A model generated the notes under the pieces. It had not been told where the DNA came from. It saw nothing but the letters and a program-made list of their open reading frames with translations, and did not search any database. Positions 57,646 through 64,000 of a DNA stretch of 64,000 nt are shown here, piece by piece. The stretch's first letter is position 1. Every line of letters begins with the position of its first letter. This DNA comes from Roseibacillus sp. (GTDB lineage: Bacteria; Verrucomicrobiota; Verrucomicrobiia; Verrucomicrobiales; Akkermansiaceae). A program made the position numbers and the translations under genes. The stretch spans positions 1,184,001 to 1,248,000 of the forward strand of contig JBPOGI010000001.1 of NCBI GenBank assembly GCA_051251855.1, given 5' to 3'.

Positions 57646-57821
57646 AATAAAATTCAGGGGACAGGAGCGTCTCAAACGGCTCTCTAAAAGAGAAAATGAG
57701 GGGCGTGAATTACGCAGGACACCGAGACACCGCAAGCGGAAAGTTGAGCCGTGACATTCCACGCCAGAGAGCAAGCTTGCACTTGATCCTCTCTTTCGAC
57801 CACTTTACCCCCATCAACATC

Positions 57822-58661
57822 ATGGAATTGACCGCAATTATTGAGGCCCTCATGGTCGCTTCGGACGACCCACTTCCCTCAGCTGAGCTCGCTCGACTCA
57901 TTCGTGCGCGTATCGCGGAGATGGAAGACGAGCTTTTGGCTCAATCCGAAGAAGAGGGAGATGATTATGCAGAGAAATCCGATGCTTCTGAGGTGGCAGC
58001 CCCAAACCTGAGCGACGACTTAAAACAACTTGCTGAGGTCACTGACCTTGAAGTCATTGAGGCTATTGGACAATTAAATGAGAGCTACGAAGAAAGCGGT
58101 CGCTCGTTTCGCGCCCTAGAGCGAGCCAAAGGCTGGAAAATTTACACTTCTCCCGATTACGGAGACTTCGTCAAACACCTCTTCCCAGGCAGGAAACCCA
58201 AGCGTCTCTCGGGCCCTGCGATGGAGACGCTAGCGGTTGTCGCTTACCGTCAACCAGTCACCAAAGCGGCCATCGATGCCGTTCGGGGGGTTTCTTCTGA
58301 TGGAATGCTTCAAAAGCTCCTCGACCTCGAACTTGTCAAAATCGGCGGTCGCGCCGATTTGCCCGGGCGTCCTCTCCTCTACGAAACCACCGATTATTTT
58401 TTCGAGCACTTTGGGATCAAATCTCCCGAAGAACTTCCCAACGCCCTCGAACTCAGGACTATGGAGCTTCCCGAACCCGAAGAGGAGGTCGAAGAAGAAC
58501 CCGCCGAAGAAAAACAAGCAACCCTTGCTGAGGCTGATTCTTCTGCAAACGAGGAAGCTCCCGAAGTTGCTGAAGAGGAAGTGGAAGACTTTGCCCAGCC
58601 GGAAGACGTCGCAGACGAACCAGAAGGCAACTCCAACCCGACCCCAGCAACGACCGAATAG
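57822..58661 (+). CDS. scpB: SMC-Scp complex subunit ScpB
   Basis: IEALMVAS..PL, LSGPAMETLAVVAYRQPVT, GRPLLYETT..F.EHFG. Confidence 0.93.
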   Translation: MELTAIIEALMVASDDPLPSAELARLIRARIAEMEDELLAQSEEEGDDYAEKSDASEVAAPNLSDDLKQLAEVTDLEVIEAIGQLNESYEESGRSFRALERAKGWKIYTSPDYGDFVKHLFPGRKPKRLSGPAMETLAVVAYRQPVTKAAIDAVRGVSSDGMLQKLLDLELVKIGGRADLPGRPLLYETTDYFFEHFGIKSPEELPNALELRTMELPEPEEEVEEEPAEEKQATLAEADSSANEEAPEVAEEEVEDFAQPEDVADEPEGNSNPTPATTE

Positions 58662-58713
58662 CTTTCCCTATATTTATTGTCCCTTCTTTAACTTTCGCTA
58701 ACACTTCTCTACT

Positions 58714-59784
58714 GTGACCCTCGACGAAATCCGCGTTCAGATTGACGCTATTGACTCCGAACTTCTCGGACTTCTTTCCCAACGTGCCGACTTGGTCCAC
58801 GAAGTGGGAGTGGTCAAAAAACGAGACGGCCTTCAAATCTACGCTCCAGAGCGCGAAGACGCTCTCCTTCGTAAGCTGGTCACGATGAATCAAGGGCGCC
58901 TCCCCGAGCGCTCCATTCGCGCCATTTATCGCGAAATCATGTCCGCGGCCCTCGCCTTGGAAGATGACATGAAAATCGCCTACCTTGGCCCTGAAGGCAC
59001 TTGGACTCATCAAGCAGCCATCAAAAAGTTCGGTCATTCCGTCGAATATCTTCCCCAGCCCAGCTTTGCCGAGGTTTTCGATCAAGTCGCCCGCCGCAAA
59101 GCTTCTTATGGCGTGGTCCCCATCGAAAACTCCACCGAGGGAGCCGTTTCCCACACCCTCGATCTCTTCGTTGACTCGCCCTTGCGTATCTGTGCCCAGA
59201 TTCTTCTTCGCATTGAGAATAACCTCCTATCCTCAATCCCCCGCGACCAAATCAAGACTCTCTACTCTCATCCTCAAGTCTTTGGGCAGTGTAAAAACTG
59301 GATCTTACGCCACTTTCCCAACGCCGACCTCGTCGAAGTCTCGTCCACCACCCGCGCTGCTCAAATTGCCTCCGATCGCGCTACCGAAGGGGCTGCGGCT
59401 CTTGGGGGAACCCTTGCAGCAGAACTCAATGGACTTGAGGTGCTGGAATCCTCCATCCAAGATCGTGCTACTAATACCACCCGTTTCCTGGTTGTCTCGG
59501 AGAAAACCTGCCCACCCACCGGTAACGATCGCACTTCAATTCTCTTCGCAGTCCGCGACCAACCCGGTTCACTCGTAGAAGCCCTACGGGCCTTTAACTC
59601 CTTCGAGATTAACATGTCGAAGATTGAATCACGTCCATCCAAGCAAAAGGATTGGGAGTATATCTTCTACGTCGACCTCGCAGGCCACTGCGAAGACCCC
59701 AAGCTCGCAGATGCCCTGCGCGAGCTAGAAAAACACTGCTCCCTCGTCAAACTCTTGGGCTCCTATCCCGATACCGAGGAATAA
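58714..59784 (+). CDS. pheA: Chorismate mutase/prephenate dehydratase
   Basis: IR..IDAID, YLGPEGT, PIENSTEG, NTTRF, KIESRPS. Confidence 0.95.
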   Translation: MTLDEIRVQIDAIDSELLGLLSQRADLVHEVGVVKKRDGLQIYAPEREDALLRKLVTMNQGRLPERSIRAIYREIMSAALALEDDMKIAYLGPEGTWTHQAAIKKFGHSVEYLPQPSFAEVFDQVARRKASYGVVPIENSTEGAVSHTLDLFVDSPLRICAQILLRIENNLLSSIPRDQIKTLYSHPQVFGQCKNWILRHFPNADLVEVSSTTRAAQIASDRATEGAAALGGTLAAELNGLEVLESSIQDRATNTTRFLVVSEKTCPPTGNDRTSILFAVRDQPGSLVEALRAFNSFEINMSKIESRPSKQKDWEYIFYVDLAGHCEDPKLADALRELEKHCSLVKLLGSYPDTEE

Positions 59785-59935
59785 ACAGCCTCTCTGGCTC
59801 CTTAAATTTTCAGTGGTGAAATCACGCATCTCGACGACTTTCAGTCAGCAGAAAAGCTTACAGGCTCCGATATTTACAAAGGCCCACCTTTCACGTATTG
59901 TAGACACCTACCCCTTTACCCTCTAACAAATTTTC

Positions 59936-61201
59936 ATGGCACGCGCATCCAATCTCACCATGTGTTCCTTCTGTGGCAAAAGTCACTCCGAAGTCAAAAA
60001 GCTCATCGCCGGTCCCGGCGTCTACATTTGTAACGAGTGTATTGAAGTTTGCTCCACCATTCTCGACAAAGAGCTCGCTGGCGAAAGCCGTGAACACGTT
60101 CCCGTCCAGCACGACAGAGATATTCCCAGCCCCAGCACCCTAATGCAAAAGCTCGATGATTTTGTTATCGGGCAGGACCACGCGAAGAAAGTTCTCTCCG
60201 TCGCCGTTCATAACCACTACATGCGCCTCTTTAGCGATGACCATGACCTCCCCGCCGAGTTCGCTGACGTCGAGGTCGAAAAGTCCAACATCCTCCTTCT
60301 GGGGCCCACAGGCTCAGGAAAAACTCTTCTCGCCCGAACCCTAGCACGCCTTCTGGACGTTCCCTTTTGCATCGTCGATTCCACCAACCTCACCGAAGCT
60401 GGCTACGTAGGGGAAGACGTTGAGAACATTATTCTCCGCCTTTTACAGGCTGCCGATTTTGACGTCGAGAAAGCCGAGCAAGGGATTATCTACATCGATG
60501 AGATCGACAAAATCGGTCGCAAGACCGAGAACGTCTCCATCACCCGTGATGTTTCAGGTGAAGGCGTACAACAAGCCCTCCTAAAAATCCTCGAAGGTTC
60601 AGTTTGCAACGTCCCCCCCCAAGGTGGACGCAAGCACCCCCAACAGGAATACATCCAGGTCAATACCGAGAAAATCCTCTTCGTCTGTGGCGGCGCCTTT
60701 GTAGGCATGGAAGATATCGTCAAGCGCCGTCTTGGCAGCAACTTCCTAGGTTTCCGCCCCGATCAGGAAGAAAAAAACGAAGAGGTAGACCAAAAGAACA
60801 TTCTCGAGAAGGTGCAGCCCGAAGACCTACTCCACTTTGGCTTAATCCCCGAGTTTATTGGCCGCCTCCCCGTCCACACCTCACTCAACAAACTTTCTCG
60901 CGAGCACCTCGTCCGTATTCTCACCGAGCCAAAGAACGCTCTCGTAAAGCAATATTCCAAGCAACTGGCTCTTCATGGCGTCAAGCTTAAGATTACCCCT
61001 GACGCCCTCGAAGCCTTTGCTGACGAGGCTGTTACTCGAGGAACGGGAGCTCGTGCTTTGCGTAGTATCTTTGAGCGCATCATGCTCGACGTCATGTTCG
61101 AAGTCCCCTCTCGCGATGATGTCGAGTCCGTCACCATTTCGCGCGAAGTGGTTGAAGGCACAAAGGAGCCTGTTCTTCGTAAAAAAAGAAGAGCAGCCTA
61201 G
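59936..61201 (+). CDS. clpX: Clp protease ATP-binding subunit ClpX
   Basis: [46 protein letters not shown]. Confidence 0.98.
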   Translation: MARASNLTMCSFCGKSHSEVKKLIAGPGVYICNECIEVCSTILDKELAGESREHVPVQHDRDIPSPSTLMQKLDDFVIGQDHAKKVLSVAVHNHYMRLFSDDHDLPAEFADVEVEKSNILLLGPTGSGKTLLARTLARLLDVPFCIVDSTNLTEAGYVGEDVENIILRLLQAADFDVEKAEQGIIYIDEIDKIGRKTENVSITRDVSGEGVQQALLKILEGSVCNVPPQGGRKHPQQEYIQVNTEKILFVCGGAFVGMEDIVKRRLGSNFLGFRPDQEEKNEEVDQKNILEKVQPEDLLHFGLIPEFIGRLPVHTSLNKLSREHLVRILTEPKNALVKQYSKQLALHGVKLKITPDALEAFADEAVTRGTGARALRSIFERIMLDVMFEVPSRDDVESVTISREVVEGTKEPVLRKKRRAA

Positions 61202-61228
61202 GGCCACAACGCTCTTTTTATGCACTTC

Positions 61229-61606
61229 ATGAAATTCCTTTCCCTCCTTGCCGGCTGCTCTCTCCTCGGTCTCAGTTCCTGCGCGCTCAGTTCTGACAAG
61301 GTCGAGGAGGAAGATACCGACGGCCCTTCCATCCCGCCGCCGACGGGCTTGCAAGCCTCCAACACGAGCGAGTCAACTCAGGAACAACTTCCTGAACTCC
61401 CCTCCTCATCTGAACAAAGCAGTAAACCTACCGAAAAAGTAAGCGTTAAAGAAATCGACGGCTTTGTCTACGAAGATGTCCTCAACACCCTCCCATCCCA
61501 ACGCGATTTGGCGACCCCTCCAACCTCTCTAGTGCCCTCAAGCCTCAAGGATGAGGAGAGCCAAACAACCGATGACGATACCAAGCCCCTCGTCATCAAC
61601 CCCTAA
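61229..61606 (+). CDS. Putative lipoprotein, mostly low complexity
   Basis: MKF...LSSC lipobox. Confidence 0.65.
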   Translation: MKFLSLLAGCSLLGLSSCALSSDKVEEEDTDGPSIPPPTGLQASNTSESTQEQLPELPSSSEQSSKPTEKVSVKEIDGFVYEDVLNTLPSQRDLATPPTSLVPSSLKDEESQTTDDDTKPLVINP

Positions 61607-61626
61607 ACTCTTTTCTGCAATCTACC

Positions 61627-62868
61627 GTGCGCCCGCCGAAAAAGTTCAAGGACACTCCTTTCCCTTACCATCACGAGCTCACCCTAGAGGTGGATTCTCT
61701 CAGTAATCTCGGAATAGGAGTCGCCCGCGTTCAGCTGCCTGATGCCCCGCCGGAACAAGGCCCGTGGGTCGTCTTCGTGCCTTTCTGCCTCCCTGGCGAA
61801 ACGGTAAGGGCCCGTATCTATCGCAACGACTCCAACTGCTCTAGCGCCGACCTCCTCGAAGTCCTCACCCCTTCATCTGATCGCGTCGAGCCAAAGTGCA
61901 CTCTCTTCGGCCTTTGTGGAGGTTGCCAATATCAGCACCTTTCCTATGAGAAGCAGCTGCAATGGAAGCGTCAACAGGTTGCCGAGCTCACTGAACGTCT
62001 CGCAGGACTCGCCATTCCCGTCCTCGATCCTGTCCCTTCTCCTCGTGAGTGGAACTACCGTTCCAAGCTCACCCCTCACTTCAACAAACCCAAGAACGGC
62101 GACACCGGCCCTATTGGATTCCTTGCTCAAGGCACACGCAGTCGGCTCATCGACGTTCCTCAGTGCCCCATCGCCATGGAAACCATCAACGAAGCTTTCC
62201 CCGCCATCCGCAAGGATGCCAAAGACCGCGCTTCGACTTTTAAAAAGGGCGTCACCCTCCTCCTTCGAGCTCACTCCGGCAAAGTCGAGACCAACAACCG
62301 CGCCGTCATCAGCGAAGAAGTCAATGGACTCACCTTTCACTTTCTCGCCGGCGATTTCTTCCAGAACAATCCCTTTATCCTCCCCGAGTTCGTCAACTAC
62401 GTCGCCGAAGAAGCCGCTCAAGATGGCTGCACCCACCTTGTTGACGCCTATTGTGGTTCCGGGCTCTTCGCCCTCTCCCTTTCGAAAAGATTCGAAAAAG
62501 TCGCCGGGGTTGAAGTCTCCGAATCCTCTGCCGACTTTGCACGCCGCAACGCAGAGCTGAACCACCTCTCCAACGTCGAAATCCTCACCTCATCGGCCGA
62601 AGGCATCTTCGACGACCTCACCTTCAACGGTGACAAAACCGCCCTCGTCATCGACCCCCCTCGCAAAGGTTGTACCGAAGGCTTCCTTGACCAGCTCGCC
62701 AAATTTGGCCCCCGCCGTGTCGTGTATGTTTCCTGCAATCCCGCTACCCAGATGCGCGACTTCGTCCAACTCAACGAAGCAGGCTACACCGTCGAAAAAA
62801 TCCAACCCTTCGACCTCTTCCCACACACGCGCCACCTCGAGTGCGTCGCCACTCTCACCCGTAGCTGA
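61627..62868 (+). CDS. TrmA/RlmD-family RNA (uracil-5)-methyltransferase
   Basis: TRAM domain, CGGCQYQH, FFQNN, DAYCGSG, DPPRKG, YVSCNP, DLFPHTRHLE. Confidence 0.93.
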   Translation: MRPPKKFKDTPFPYHHELTLEVDSLSNLGIGVARVQLPDAPPEQGPWVVFVPFCLPGETVRARIYRNDSNCSSADLLEVLTPSSDRVEPKCTLFGLCGGCQYQHLSYEKQLQWKRQQVAELTERLAGLAIPVLDPVPSPREWNYRSKLTPHFNKPKNGDTGPIGFLAQGTRSRLIDVPQCPIAMETINEAFPAIRKDAKDRASTFKKGVTLLLRAHSGKVETNNRAVISEEVNGLTFHFLAGDFFQNNPFILPEFVNYVAEEAAQDGCTHLVDAYCGSGLFALSLSKRFEKVAGVEVSESSADFARRNAELNHLSNVEILTSSAEGIFDDLTFNGDKTALVIDPPRKGCTEGFLDQLAKFGPRRVVYVSCNPATQMRDFVQLNEAGYTVEKIQPFDLFPHTRHLECVATLTRS

Positions 62869-62930
62869 CGCTTCCAGCGGCAGTCTATCTCGTCAGCATC
62901 GACTTCGTCATCAAATACGATCTTGAACTT

Positions 62931-63035
62931 CTCCCAGAGCGTCTAGGTCCGTCCCTCTCCCAGAACGCCTAGGTCCGTCCTCCCTGAGCCTTCAGGTCCG
63001 ACCTCCTCCCAGAGCCTCTAGGTCCGTCCCCCTCC
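62931..63035. repeat. Intergenic tandem array of four 23-26-bp units (CTCCCAGAGCnTCTAGGTCCGTCC)
   Basis: Units start at 62931, 62957, 62980 and 63006. Confidence 0.85.
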
Positions 63036-63117
63036 AAAAAACAAAAAGCCAAGAGCACCCCGCGGCTCCGCTTTTCCCTTTAACTCACTCCCACTTTCCA
63101 ACAACCTTTCCTCAATC

Positions 63118-64000
63118 TTGAAAACCGTCTTTCTACTCCTGTTTTCGCTTACTCTCCTGCCACTTTTCGCAGCACCCAGCCCCATCCTCCCCGAAAAAAC
63201 AACCCGCTACCACGAACTCCTTCTCAACCGCCCCGATAGCAGCACCCTCTTCGAGCGCTTCCTGAACGCTTGGCTCGACACCCACTCCAAAGAAGAACTC
63301 GAAACCTTCCTCCAGAAAAAAGCACAGGACAACTCCCCCAAACACGCCCTAGTCCTCAACACCTTTCACCAATGGGTCGGCCAAGAAACACAAGCTCTTG
63401 CCACTCTAGACCAAGCACTTCTCAGAAATCCAGACTCAAGCCTTCTCCAACTCGCTCGCGCCAAGCTCAAGGCCCAACTGCTCGACTTCGAGGGAGCCCT
63501 CAACGATCTCGAACAGGTCGGCCCACTCAGCAACCCCGAAGACCTTCTCCTTCACGGCACTTGGCTGGCCCGCTCCGGTCAACAAGAACAAGCGGTCATC
63601 GTCTGGAAAGAACTTCTCGCAGCTGATCCCCAAAACGAAATACTCGCCGAAGATCTCATCGAACTCGAAGTTTCTGAAGGGTTCTACAAAGAAGCACTCG
63701 AGACCCTCAATAAGCTCATCACCGACACTCAAGACCCTTACCAAAAAGCCCTCCGCACCCTCCGCTTCGCCGAGATTCAAGAACGAGCCGGTCAAAGCCA
63801 AGAAGCTCTCATCACTTACCAAAAACTTCTTCCTCAGTCTGGCCAAGACTCTTGGCTCGAAAAAGAAATCCTCGCCCAAATTGAAGAGTCTTTTCGCCGC
63901 CAAGACAACCTCACCGGCCTGCGCGAATTTTACCAAATTCTGCGCCAAGACCTCCCTCTCCGTATCAGTCTTAAAAAAGGCCTCGCTTTTCAAATGGCCA
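63118..64000 (+). CDS. Exported TPR-repeat protein, 3'-truncated by the window edge (absent from the ORF track)
   Basis: TTG start; MKTVFLLLFSLTLLPLFA signal; frame open to the end with TPR-like helices (GTWLARSGQQEQAVIVWKELLAADP). Confidence 0.8.
   Translation, partial: MKTVFLLLFSLTLLPLFAAPSPILPEKTTRYHELLLNRPDSSTLFERFLNAWLDTHSKEELETFLQKKAQDNSPKHALVLNTFHQWVGQETQALATLDQALLRNPDSSLLQLARAKLKAQLLDFEGALNDLEQVGPLSNPEDLLLHGTWLARSGQQEQAVIVWKELLAADPQNEILAEDLIELEVSEGFYKEALETLNKLITDTQDPYQKALRTLRFAEIQERAGQSQEALITYQKLLPQSGQDSWLEKEILAQIEESFRRQDNLTGLREFYQILRQDLPLRISLKKGLAFQMA

Noticed and set aside
62931..63035. CRISPR array
   Set aside because: Units abut without unique spacers, are degenerate, and no cas genes are in the window.

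Overview
64-kb chromosomal window from a bacterium that looks like a marine-type Verrucomicrobium (Verrucomicrobiales, Roseibacillus-like). This is inferred from PVC-typical families (DUF1552/DUF1592, sulfatase, exported prenyltransferase-repeat proteins, the L33/S18/DksA styles) and leaders that often lack a Shine-Dalgarno motif. In order: a partial GH31 glycosidase; two tandem paralogous giant secreted proteins (PA14 + beta-propeller + DUF1080 + CBM6/35-like repeats); RNase P RNA; a ~13.6-kb PVC-type envelope cluster ending in a ferritin-like/ATP-grasp fusion; a LysM amidase; cysI-cysH-cysK; gpmI; an ECF sigma/anti-sigma operon with an amber-interrupted last gene; rodA; argA; sulfatase and DUF1552/DUF1592; gspE/gspF; tRNA-Ile2(CAT); a fungal-type cystathionine gamma-synthase; rpsR, rpmG and a Cys-free DksA; scpB, pheA, clpX, an RNA methyltransferase and a partial TPR gene. 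Top candidate for a new system: an unannotated ~120-nt structured RNA (41618-41736, +) divergent from the ECF sigma gene. It has an ECF-like promoter and its own terminator, and its unpaired region is complementary to the start-codon regions of both giant secreted paralogs 35-40 kb away, whose leaders share a conserved architecture. All family calls are by eye from motifs; no searches were run.
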